Below, piece by piece: positions 30,335 through 39,590 of a stretch of 64,000 bases of DNA. The notes under the pieces are model-generated. The model was not told the origin of the DNA, searched no databases, and worked only from the letters and a program-made list of their open reading frames with translations. Every line of letters starts with the position of its first letter. The first letter of the stretch is position 1. Source of the DNA: an uncultured Candidatus Rokubacteria bacterium (GTDB taxonomy: Bacteria > Methylomirabilota > Methylomirabilia > Rokubacteriales > DASRDR01); assembly GCA_963826115.1 (NCBI GenBank), contig CAWGVS010000012.1, forward strand, positions 608,001-672,000, written 5' to 3'. A program made the position numbers and the translations under genes.

Positions 30335-30985
30335 GTGACAGCTGAAACCCGCACGTCGGACCCTCGCCGTGATCATCGGAGATGGCCAGTTTGCCCCCGC
30401 GTTGCCGCGGTGGCTGCCCTCGTGCTGCTCCTATGGCCGGCCCCTGGTAGTGCCCACCAGGCGAAGGAAGGCGGCCGACTCGCGAAGATCGGCCCGGCAC
30501 CGGAGTTCACGTTGACCACGACGGAGGGCGGTCGCCTGTCGCTCGGCGACCTGCGCGGCAAGGTGGTCGCGGTCACCTTCATCTATGCCACGTGCACGGA
30601 CACCTGTCCGCTCCTCACCGACAAGATGGTTGGGATGCAGAAGCGGCTCGGTCGTGACTTCGGTCCGAAAGTCCGGTTCGTGTCGATCACGGTGGATCCC
30701 GAGCGCGACACGCCCCAGATCCTCGCGCAGTACGCGCGGAACCACAGTGTCGACCCGGTGGGTTGGGCCTTCCTCACCGGCACACCGAGTGAGATCCGAG
30801 ACGTCGGACGACGGTATGGAATCTATGCCAAGAAGACCGACCGGGGCGATGTCGACCATACTGTCCTGACCTCGATCGTCGACCAGCACGGGATTCTCCG
30901 CGTCCAGTACCTCGGCATTCGCTTCGACCCCGAGGAATTCCTGCGGGACGTCCGGAGCCTCCTGCGCGAAGCGAAGGCTCCATGA
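30335..30985 (+). CDS. SCO1/SenC-family protein
   Basis: FIYATCTDTCP (CxxxC), SITVDPERDT, WAFLTG and DH. Confidence 0.93.
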   Translation: MTAETRTSDPRRDHRRWPVCPRVAAVAALVLLLWPAPGSAHQAKEGGRLAKIGPAPEFTLTTTEGGRLSLGDLRGKVVAVTFIYATCTDTCPLLTDKMVGMQKRLGRDFGPKVRFVSITVDPERDTPQILAQYARNHSVDPVGWAFLTGTPSEIRDVGRRYGIYAKKTDRGDVDHTVLTSIVDQHGILRVQYLGIRFDPEEFLRDVRSLLREAKAP

Positions 30986-32533
30986 TCCGCTGGCTCCCCC
31001 GGCTGGTTGCCCGCCTGCCACTGAGCGTCCACGGGAAGCTCCTGTTCGCCTTCCTGGCGATCGTCGGCCTGCTGATCGCGGTCGGCGCGGTGGGCCTCCA
31101 GGTGCTGAGCGGCGTGAACCGGCGCGCCGAGGACATGGTCAAGCTTCAGCGCAAGATCGCCGCCTACCGGCAGCTCCAGCACGACACGACGAGCCAGCTC
31201 TACGGCGTGTCCTCGGCCCTCCTCGTTCCCGACGACCGGACCCTCGAGGCGACGCTCCGCCAGCTGAACCAGTTCGGGTACGATCTCGACCGGCTCGCCT
31301 TCGTCGCCCAGGACGAGGTCGAGCTCTTCGGGCGCGTGCGCGAGGACTACGAGGAGTTCATCAAGATCGTCACCCAGGTGATCGAGCTGATCCGGGCCGG
31401 GAAGGGGCCGGCCGGCCGCGAGCTCCAGCTGAGCCGGGCCGGCCCTCTGGCCGACCGCCTCGAGCGGCTGACGAACGAGCTGGTGAACAAGGCCGAGGCG
31501 GACATGGTGGCCAGCATCGAGGCCAGCCAGGACGCTTACGTGACGTCCCAGCGGGTGGTCGTCGGGTTCGCGGTTGGAAGCATCTTGCTTGCGCTGGTCC
31601 TCGGCTACGGCATCTCGTGGTCCGTCATCGGGCCGGTGCAGCAGATGGACGTCCGGCTCCGCGAGATCGCCGGGGGCGACTTCGCCAAGCGCGTGGAGAT
31701 CTCGAACCGGGACGAGCTGGGCGCGCTGGCGGCGAACCTGAACCGGATGAGCGACGAGCTGGGCCGTGCTCTACCGCCAGCTCGCGGCGGCCAACCAGCA
31801 CAAGTCCGAGTTCCTGGCCAACATGTCCCACGAGCTCCGGACGCCGCTCAACGCGATCATCGGCTTCTCCGAGGTCCTCCACGAGCGGATGTTCGGCGAG
31901 CTCAACGAGAAGCAGGCCGAGTACATCCAGGACATCCTCGCCTCCGGCCGCCATCTGCTCTCGCTGATCAACGACATCCTGGATCTCTCGAAGGTGGAGG
32001 CGGGGCGGATGGAGCTCGACGTCGCGCCGTTCGACCTGCCGACCGCGCTCGAGAGCGCCGTGACCCTGGTCAAGGAGCGCGCCGTCCGCCGCGGGCTGAG
32101 CCTCGACCTCACCGTGGACTCCGGGCTGGGAACGCTCGTCGGCGACGAGCGGAAGGTCAAGCAGATCTTGCTGAATCTCCTCTCGAACGCGGTGAAGTTC
32201 ACGCCCGACGGAGGACGCGTCACGCTGATGGCGACGCCGGCCGGTGGGCCTTCGGGGGCTCCCGAGATGGTCGAGATCGCGGTCAGCGACACCGGACTCG
32301 GGATCGCCCCAGCCGACCAGGCGACGATCTTCGAGGAGTTCCGCCAGGTCGGGAGCGGATCACAGAAGCAAGAGGGAACGGGTCTCGGGCTCACGCTGAC
32401 GAAGAAGTTCGTCGAGCTCCACGGCGGACACATCTGGGTCTCGAGCGAGGTGGGAAAGGGCTCGACGTTCACGTTCACCCTGCCGAGGAAGCCAGGGCGC
32501 CCGCGTGAAGGCGCCCACGGGCCGAGCCTTTGA
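30982..32533 (+). pseudogene. HAMP-domain sensor histidine kinase; frameshift near 31768
   Basis: Two TMs and a HAMP domain in one frame; FLANMSHELRTPLN, NAVKFT, DTGLGI and GTGLGL in the next. Confidence 0.9.
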
Positions 32534-32648
32534 GGTGACAAGGACGGTGACCTGCTTGCCGTCGCCCTCTGGGGCTGACTTCGAGGTGAGGATGCTATCG
32601 GTACGGTGTTTCGCCGTGCAGGCCCGTGACGAGGCGAATCTCGGCCCG
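32533..32648 (-). pseudogene. Degenerate fragment of the same cyclase family as 22712-26089
   Basis: TAKHRTDSILTSKSAPEGDGKQVTVL versus TPKHLAEKILTSKSALEGERKQVTVL. Confidence 0.8.
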
Positions 32649-32744
32649 AATTGATGCGGCGCGGCGCACTGCCAAGAACACTCATGGCCAGGCGGCTCGG
32701 CCGCACGATGAGCAGACCGATTCAAACTCCCCGTGCTAAAGCAC

Positions 32745-32960
32745 GAATCGGAGGGCGTTGCCGCCCCCCGATCGAGTGGTGAGCCGTGAAGGAATCGAAC
32801 CTTCAACCTACTGATTAAGAGTCCCAACCGGCCGCAACGCACGGCACGCCATCGGCAGCTATCCGCACGTCAGATTAAGGAAGCGCCGCGAGGCGACCTG
32901 TTCGCGCCTCACGGTACCTTCGCGCGAGTTGGAACCGTCTGGAACCAGAATCCGACGCCA
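32745..32960 (-). repeat. att-like unit 8: L1 + tRNA-Lys 3' half (32777-32821, exact) + arm RB
   Basis: Core match; tcccaaccggccgcaacgcac; GGAACC pair at 32931-32946. Confidence 0.93.
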
Positions 32961-33088
32961 GGTGCGCCCACAAGTCATTTCGCACGCGAGACCGTGCCCA
33001 GCGCGAGCTCCATTGCCAGGATTCACATCGATCGGTCGCCGCATCCTGCACTGGGATCAATTCCGACTCAGTTCGTATTGGGGGGAAC

Positions 33089-33634
33089 ATGAGAACCTCC
33101 GCCTTGGTCTTGTGCATCATTCTTTCGGGTTGTGCTGCGAGTCCCGAGAAGCTCGACTCGGTTGGGAAGACCGAGGCGGCACGAATGGTGCCGCCCCTAA
33201 GGCGCTTTTCCAGCTACGCGAGTTATGAACTCAAGCCGATGGCACTAAGCCCGGCCGTTCAAAGCGCGCCGGAAAAGGTGAAGGCTGCGGGAGAGCTCGA
33301 GAATACGCTACGGGCCAAGCTTCAGCCTCTGCTTGAGCAGTGGAATGCGGCATCCCGCGATCGGTCCGGCACCCTCGTCATCGAGCCCCAACTTGCGTCC
33401 CTGAGGATTGTCAGCGGCGGCGCGAGGTTCTGGGCCGGAGCATTGGCGGGAGAGTCGAGCATTGACATGGACCTTGCCGTTACCGACCAAGGCACGGGTC
33501 AGCAAATTGCGAAGCCACGCATCACCCTCAAGGCCAACGCCATGGCCGGAGGATGGTCGGTCGGCAAGAGCGACCAGAACCTGCTCGACTACATTGCGAG
33601 CATCGCGCACGCATACATGACGATGAACTACTGA
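33089..33634 (+). CDS. Lipoprotein (DUF4410-like), sole gene of cassette 8
   Basis: Lipobox LSGC; SGGARFWAGALAG motif. Confidence 0.85.
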   Translation: MRTSALVLCIILSGCAASPEKLDSVGKTEAARMVPPLRRFSSYASYELKPMALSPAVQSAPEKVKAAGELENTLRAKLQPLLEQWNAASRDRSGTLVIEPQLASLRIVSGGARFWAGALAGESSIDMDLAVTDQGTGQQIAKPRITLKANAMAGGWSVGKSDQNLLDYIASIAHAYMTMNY

Positions 33635-33747
33635 GACCAGAGCCCCGGTGGCCCCCGCCAGGGACTGAGCGCGTGCGGGGGCGCTCAACCGCTCCGCTCG
33701 GTACAAGAACCCTGCCGAAATAGGCTGAGTCTCCGGCCCCCCCCAAC

Positions 33748-33950
33748 GAATCGGGGGGCGTCGCCGCCCCCCGATCGAGTGGTGAGCCGTGAAGGAATCG
33801 AACCTTGAACCTGCTGATTAAGAGGTGGTTCCGGGCCCGAGCTCCCACGCACGCAGACGATCTAAGCGTATGTATTTCCTGCGAGGCCGCCTGACCGATG
33901 GTCGTCTGAGTGCGGCTTAGTCCGGTGGAATTTAGCACTGGCATGTCACC
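33748..33950 (-). repeat. att-like unit 9: L1 + tRNA-Lys 3' half (33780-33824, 2 mismatches) + arm RA
   Basis: Direct sequence match. Confidence 0.95.
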
Positions 33951-34143
33951 GGCGATTCATCACCAGCCAGACCTTAGACGTAAGGTCCTCCGTTTTGGTA
34001 CTTGCCCAAGGCCGGCGCCACTCGGGTCCCATTGCCAGCCCACGGTGCTCCAGTTGTGAACGACGACACAGATCGACGGCGGCACTGAACGGGCCGGGGG
34101 GCAACACTGCCCGCCCTTTTTGTGTTCCGTCATTGATCCCGAC

Positions 34144-35580
34144 TCACGCGCTTGGCCTGATGTTCTGGTTCAGTCGAAACAGGTTTGCCGGATCGTATCT
34201 GGTCTTCAAAGCGACGAGGCGCTTGTAGTTCGCGGCGCCGTAGCTGTTGCGCACCAACTCCTCGCCCTCCTCGCCAAGGCCCGCGAAGTTGAGATAGGCG
34301 CGGCCGCCGGAATGATGCTTCATGTCGCCCCAGAAGGCGCGCGACCAGGACAGGTTGCGCTGGTCGTCGGCCGGATTTATCCAAATCGAATCGATGCTCA
34401 GCATGTAGCGCATATTGCGCTCGCCGAAGGCGGTCGCGTTGCCAGCCACTCGACCGACGGCGCCGCCCAGATACCACACCGAGCAGAGCGTCAGGTCGGA
34501 GGGGCGATCAGCGGCGTGTGGCGCGATCTCGTCGATCATCCGGTCGTCTAGGCCATTGAGATAGAGCGATTTGAAGTAGGCGCGATGAACGCCCTTAGGG
34601 AACAGCCCATCATAGAGCTTCTGCACGCTGCAGTAGGGCATCCGGCCGCTGAAATCCAGCACCGGCGTGGCCAACTCGCGCAGAGGTCTGACGGCTTGTT
34701 CGCCCTCGTCCGCGGGGCCCGCCCACACCCCGGCCAGGGCCAAGACCCGCGCGCCCCAGGTCTCCTCGGGATACTCCGGATCGTTGGGGATGGTGGAGAA
34801 TTCGACCAGCGTTCCACCGATCTCGTCGGGTGCGGTTGCCATGAAGTCGCGCCAGCCCTTCATGACCTGGGTGGCGTCCTCGGCCCGGTAGATGGCACCC
34901 AGGAACATCACCTCCGGCCCGACGGGATGCAGCTGGAACTCGAACGAGGTGACGACGCCAAAATTGCCGCCGCCCCCGCGCACGGCCCAGAAGAGATCGC
35001 TGTTCTCGGCCGCGCTGGCGGTGCGAAGCTGGCCGTCCGCGGTGACGATGTCGACCGACAGGACATTGTCGAGGCTGAGGCCATACTTGCCGCGCAGCCA
35101 GCCGAGGCCGCCGGCGAGTGTCAGCCCGCCGACGCCCGTCGCCGAAATGACGCCGCCCGGCGTCGCCAGACCGTGGACTTGCGCCTCGCGGTCGAAATCG
35201 CCCCAGGTCGCGCCGCCCTGCACCCATGCCCGCCGCGCTGTGGAATCGACCCGGACCGCGTTCATCCGCGACAGATCGATCATGAGCCCCCCGTCGCACG
35301 AACCGCTGCCCGCTGAGTTGTGGCCCCCGCCCCGCACTGCAGTCAGAAGCCCGTTCTCACGCGCGGCATTGACCGCGTGAACGATGTCGGCGGTGCCGCT
35401 GCAGCGGGCGATGAGCGCCGGCTTCTTGTCGAACATGCCGTTCCAGATGAGCCGCGCCCTGTCATAGCCGTCGTCACCCGGTTGGAGCAGTTCGCCGCGC
35501 AGATTGGCGCGCAACGCCTTTGCCGCCGCTTCAAGACTGTGTCCGGACGACGCGCCCGCAGTGGCTTGTCGGTGTGTCAT
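34144..35580 (-). CDS. FAD-linked oxidoreductase (BBE/VAO family)
   Basis: RGGGH, DLFWAVRGGGGNFGVVT, YLNF and KTRYDPANLF motifs. Confidence 0.95.
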   Translation of the reverse strand: MTHRQATAGASSGHSLEAAAKALRANLRGELLQPGDDGYDRARLIWNGMFDKKPALIARCSGTADIVHAVNAARENGLLTAVRGGGHNSAGSGSCDGGLMIDLSRMNAVRVDSTARRAWVQGGATWGDFDREAQVHGLATPGGVISATGVGGLTLAGGLGWLRGKYGLSLDNVLSVDIVTADGQLRTASAAENSDLFWAVRGGGGNFGVVTSFEFQLHPVGPEVMFLGAIYRAEDATQVMKGWRDFMATAPDEIGGTLVEFSTIPNDPEYPEETWGARVLALAGVWAGPADEGEQAVRPLRELATPVLDFSGRMPYCSVQKLYDGLFPKGVHRAYFKSLYLNGLDDRMIDEIAPHAADRPSDLTLCSVWYLGGAVGRVAGNATAFGERNMRYMLSIDSIWINPADDQRNLSWSRAFWGDMKHHSGGRAYLNFAGLGEEGEELVRNSYGAANYKRLVALKTRYDPANLFRLNQNIRPSA

Positions 35581-35735
35581 GCTTTGCCCCCTTGCTCTCC
35601 GCGCAGCAACGCAGGCCAGCGCGGCACGTTCGAAATCAGGACGGTCCAAGACTAATGGTTGAGCCTGGACCTTCGTAAGAGGCAGAATGGACACAACCGG
35701 GGCAAATGTGACACCGCGCTGATCTGGGAGGATCA

Positions 35736-36866
35736 ATGGCCAGATCCGAAGCGAAGTTGCCGCGCATCTGTCTGCTCGCCGCGGCGGAAACCTCTCCCTC
35801 GGTGCTCTATGGCCTCTATGACGTCTTGAGTACGGCAGGGCCGGTCTACTCAGAACTGACCAGCGGGAATCCGGCGGAGAAGATGCTCGACGTCAGGATC
35901 GTGGCCGCCACCATCGATCCGTTCCGCTGCTACGGCAGCGTGATGGTCGAACCGCATGATGCCATCGACCGGCTACATGAAACCGATGTCGCGATCGTGT
36001 GCGATATGTATACGCCGATCGACACGCCGCCGCGCGGGCGCTACCGGCGAGAGATCGAGTGGCTGAACCGAATCTACGCCAAGGGTGCCATCCTCGGTTC
36101 CGTCTGCTCGGGCTCCCTGGTGCTCGCCGAGGCGGGCCTTCTGGACGGACTGCAGGCAGCCGGACATTGGGCCTATCGCGAATTGTTTCGTGAACACTAT
36201 CCGAAGGTGAAGTTTCGGGTGGATTCGATCTTAAGTGTTGCTGGTGAGCAAGACCGGATCGTGACGGCGGGAGGTGTGACCGCCTGGCAGGAACTGGCGC
36301 TCTACCTGATTGCCCGGCTTTGCGGGCCCCAGCATGCGATCAGAACGGCCAAGATCCACATGCTGTCGGATCACTCGGACGGCCAGTTACCCTTTGCCGT
36401 GATCACGCTGCGTGTGGGGAACACGGACGCCGTCATCGCCGACTGCCAACACTGGATAACTGAACATTACGCGTGCCAGAATCCTGTGACCAGCATGATT
36501 GCTCACTCGGGCCTCAAGCCCCGCACCTTCGCCCGGCGGTTTCTGGCGGCGACCGGCTTTCATCCGGTGGACTATGTGCACGCGGTTCGCATCGAGGAGG
36601 CGAAACAACGCCTGGAAACCGATACCGTCAGCGTCGAGGAAATCGGCCACCTCGTGGGCTATGAGGACCCCACCTTCTTTCGCCGCCTGTTCAAGCGCAA
36701 GGTCGGCCTGACCCTTGCGGCATACCGGCGAAAATTCTCCAAGATCGCCACAATCGGACATTCGGGGACGCAATACTCAATTCCGACGCCTCGACGGCGG
36801 GATTTCGGGATGACGGCCCACGGGATCAAGCTGCCCACCGCCCGGGTCGTCCGGGGAACCCCGTGA
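35736..36866 (+). CDS. GlxA-family (DJ-1/PfpI + AraC) regulator
   Basis: SVCSGSLVLAEAGLLDG; RTFARRF; VGYEDPTFFRRLFKR. Confidence 0.93.
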   Translation: MARSEAKLPRICLLAAAETSPSVLYGLYDVLSTAGPVYSELTSGNPAEKMLDVRIVAATIDPFRCYGSVMVEPHDAIDRLHETDVAIVCDMYTPIDTPPRGRYRREIEWLNRIYAKGAILGSVCSGSLVLAEAGLLDGLQAAGHWAYRELFREHYPKVKFRVDSILSVAGEQDRIVTAGGVTAWQELALYLIARLCGPQHAIRTAKIHMLSDHSDGQLPFAVITLRVGNTDAVIADCQHWITEHYACQNPVTSMIAHSGLKPRTFARRFLAATGFHPVDYVHAVRIEEAKQRLETDTVSVEEIGHLVGYEDPTFFRRLFKRKVGLTLAAYRRKFSKIATIGHSGTQYSIPTPRRRDFGMTAHGIKLPTARVVRGTP

Positions 36867-37006
36867 ACCAAGCGGAACGAATTCCTACCTCTAGCTCGCC
36901 CCGCTTGCCCATCCGTTGCGGGCAGGGCGCGCTCCTGATCTCAGACTCGGACAGAACTCGGACAAAATAGCGAGGGCGGCCCGGAGGCCGCCCTCTAACC
37001 ACCCGG

Positions 37007-37530
37007 ATTTCGGCTTCGTCGCCGACAACCGCAAGGCGATCTCGGCCAAGTACGGGCTGATCAGCCCGCAGTCGATGGCCGCGATCCAGCGGGCGCTGCT
37101 CACCTGGACGCGAAGGGCGGCGAAGAGCTGTTCGGCGAGCCGGCGCTCGACCTGACCGACCTGATGCGCACGGATCTCAGCGGCACGCGGGATCGTCAAC
37201 GTCCTGGCGGCCGACCAGCTCGATCCTGAAGCCGCGGCTCTACTCGAGCTTTCTGCTGTGGCTGCTGTCGGAGCTGTTCGAGAACGCTGCCGGAAGTCGG
37301 CGATCTCGATAAGCCGAAGCTCGTGTTCTTCTTTGACGAGGCTCATCTGCTGTTCGACGACGCGCCCGCGGCGCTGCGGCAGCGGGTCGAGCAGGTCGTG
37401 CGGATCATCCGGTCGAAGGGGGTCGGCGTGTACTTCTGCTCGCAGTTCCCGGACGACGTGCCGAACGAGATCCTGGGCCAGCTCGGCAACCGGATGCAGC
37501 ACGCGCTGCGCGCCTATACCCCGCGCGACC
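37007..37530 (+). pseudogene. Internal fragment of a DUF853/HerA-like ATPase with several frameshifts
   Basis: [43 protein letters not shown] and [17 protein letters not shown] spread across frames. Confidence 0.88.
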
Positions 37531-38015
37531 TGAGCTTCTCGGCCCGGGACACTGTCGCCGTCCTGGTCTTTCCGGACGGTCGGCCGCTCGCCCTCGCGCT
37601 AGAGAATCAGGAGTAGGTCGGCCGGCTGGCGCTCGAAATGCTGGCGTCCGATAGCGACGAGGCCGGCCCCTCAGAAGCGAAGCAAGGTTGGCTCGAGGCG
37701 GGGAGGCGGCCGCGTCTGTCCGTGACGTTCACGCCCCCGCGCTCGGTACGCTTCCAGTTCAGCACGGCGGGCCCAGCGGCGGAACAAGACGTTCAGGTCG
37801 ACGAGATCATCACGCGAATCGTCGGCGAGTGGCCGGACTACATCCCGCCATGTGCCGCCCTTGACGGGGCCTGTCCCGGACGCGTACCGTCGGGTGACGC
37901 TGGCCGGAGCGGGCTTCATCCGCCAGCCCCCTTGCGGCCGAGAACGAGCTTTATGTCGACTGTCCTCCGGCCGGTCGTATGCATTCCACGGCTGCTGTGA
38001 ACGGCTCTGGAGAAA

Positions 38016-38180
38016 ATGGAAGGACAAACCCCAGAGTGCCGAGCCGTAAGGCCCCGCAGTCTCAAGACCATCCGCCGCCCGACGACGCCCTGCCCTCGCT
38101 GCGGCGCGCCGGTGCGCACGATAAAGCTCCCGCTGAGCTCGCTCCGGCGGCTCGACTGGCGGCTCTTCGGCGAGGCGTGA
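38016..38180 (+). CDS. Small ORF (54 aa) with a CPRCG motif, absent from the ORF track
   Basis: GGAG RBS; MEGQTPECRAVRPRSLKTIRRPTTPCPRCGAPVRTIKLPLSSLRRLDWRLFGEA*; co-oriented with the next two genes. Confidence 0.4.
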   Translation: MEGQTPECRAVRPRSLKTIRRPTTPCPRCGAPVRTIKLPLSSLRRLDWRLFGEA

Positions 38181-38208
38181 GACTCAGCGTGCAGGGAGAG
38201 TAACCTCC

Positions 38209-38853
38209 ATGGAACTGCTCATTGTGGCGATCGCTGTGATCTGTGTCGTTGTGATCGTCATCATCGCCGTCGTCGCCCCGACTCAGCCAGCCAATCACCC
38301 GGCGCGGCGAGAGGCAATCCGGACGCGGCAAGAGGCAATCGGCGAGGAGGCGAGGCATTTCTTCGCCGACGCGAGCAAGGCGCTCTGCCTCCCTCCGGTG
38401 CAGACGCACATCGTCCTCGCCCCTGGTGAGGTCGCCATCCGCCAGGAGTCCGTACAGCTTCACGAGTCGCGCGCCGTACGCCTCTATGGCGGCGTCGGAA
38501 CCCGGATCGGGAAGATCTATCTCGGCGGCGGGACATCCAGCTCCTACCAGACCATCAAGCCGATCGACACGGGAACGCTGCTGCTGACCACCGAGCGGCT
38601 TGTCTTCGATGGGGGAAAGGAAAATCGCATCGTCAAGGCGAAAGAGATCCTTTCGGTCCAGCCCTCCGAGGATGCGATCGAGGTGAGTACGTCACGTCGG
38701 CAGAAGAGTCAGGTCTATACCGTCAGCAACCCGCTGATCTGGGCGACGCTCATCAAGACCGTGGCCGGCGGAAACGTCGAGGCGCTCAAGCAGGCCATCG
38801 CGAATGGAGCCGCGAGGCAGGGCGGATCGCTGCCACCTGGGCAGGGAACATAG
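38209..38853 (+). CDS. Hypothetical protein with N-terminal membrane anchor
   Basis: Hydrophobic N-terminus; IDTGTLLLTTERLVFDG (PH-like by inference). Confidence 0.8.
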   Translation: MELLIVAIAVICVVVIVIIAVVAPTQPANHPARREAIRTRQEAIGEEARHFFADASKALCLPPVQTHIVLAPGEVAIRQESVQLHESRAVRLYGGVGTRIGKIYLGGGTSSSYQTIKPIDTGTLLLTTERLVFDGGKENRIVKAKEILSVQPSEDAIEVSTSRRQKSQVYTVSNPLIWATLIKTVAGGNVEALKQAIANGAARQGGSLPPGQGT

Positions 38854-38856
38854 AGT

Positions 38857-39351
38857 ATGCATGGCCCCGTCCCGCGTATGACCGAGCGGGAGTGGATGGC
38901 TATTGTCGATGCCCTCTATGGATTGCCGGTCAGCGCCAGTCACCGCAGCATCGCCTCCGGCCTGTCCCGTCGGCTCGTCGAAGCGGACGCGGCAAGCGGG
39001 ATCGGGGCCAAGTGGGGAGTGAACGCTCGAGCACTCGCCCAGCGGCTCCAGGCGGCTTCCATGGAGGAGGCGCTGAACCTCGTGCGGATCGTCCGCGATC
39101 TCTGGAAGAACCCAAGCGGCGACTGGTCTGTGGCCTTCTACGATCATGGCGTCCGATTTGAACGAGAGCCTCGACAAGAGGTGCGAGCGACCGCCTTTCC
39201 CACCGACGAGCAAATGTCCATGCTGTTCGACTTGATGCGCGCAGACCGCCGGGAGGAGTTCGACTCGCTTTGCGAGTCGCTCGGCGTGCTGAATCCCGCT
39301 GCACTCTGGGCGGGACCGCGGCACGGCGGGCGTCCCTCCAAGGTGCCGTAA
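38857..39351 (+). CDS. Hypothetical protein
   Basis: ORF starts 3 nt after the previous stop; protein-like composition. Confidence 0.65.
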   Translation: MHGPVPRMTEREWMAIVDALYGLPVSASHRSIASGLSRRLVEADAASGIGAKWGVNARALAQRLQAASMEEALNLVRIVRDLWKNPSGDWSVAFYDHGVRFEREPRQEVRATAFPTDEQMSMLFDLMRADRREEFDSLCESLGVLNPAALWAGPRHGGRPSKVP

Positions 39352-39462
39352 GGCCCTACTCTCCTGGTGCAGTGAAGAATGAGCATGGCCGTCCTCGGGG
39401 CTCCTGGCGGACGAGATCACGCCTCGCCGCCGGGCGCTGGGATGGGCTGCAACTGCTTGCCC

Positions 39463-39496
39463 AAAAAAGAATCGGGGGGCGTTGCCGCCCCCCGAT
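39463..39496 (-). terminator. Intrinsic terminator after tRNA-Lys (prototype of hairpin L1)
   Basis: Minus strand ATCGGGGGGCG-GCAA-CGCCCCCCGAT followed by TCTTTTTT. Confidence 0.9.
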
Positions 39497-39500
39497 CGAG

Positions 39501-39576
39501 TGGTGAGCCGTGAAGGAATCGAACCTTCAACCTACTGATTAAGAGTCAGTTGCTCTACCAATTGAGCTAACGGCTC
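39501..39576 (-). tRNA. tRNA-Lys(CTT)
   Basis: GAGCCGT/ACGGCTC acceptor stem, CTGA-CT CTT AA-TCAG anticodon arm, GTTCGATT T-loop, encoded CCA. Confidence 0.98.
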
Positions 39577-39590
39577 ACGAGCGAGCTTTG

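Larger units (their letters stand above)
2244..39576 (-). mobile_element. Tandem array of nine att-delimited cassettes integrated at the 3' end of tRNA-Lys(CTT)
   Basis: Nine direct repeats of the tRNA 3' half plus the intact tRNA, conserved flanking arms, one integrase remnant and heterogeneous cargo. Confidence 0.9.

Noticed and set aside
2275-33824. Nine additional functional tRNA-Lys genes
   Set aside because: All lack the 5' acceptor strand and the D-arm.
2244-39576. CRISPR array interpretation of the recurring repeat
   Set aside because: The repeat is a tRNA 3' half, the intervening segments are kilobase-sized and gene-bearing, and no cas genes are present.
2244-39576. Classical integron with attC sites
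   Set aside because: No intact IntI and no RYYYAAC...GTTRRRY boundaries were seen; the core is tRNA-derived.
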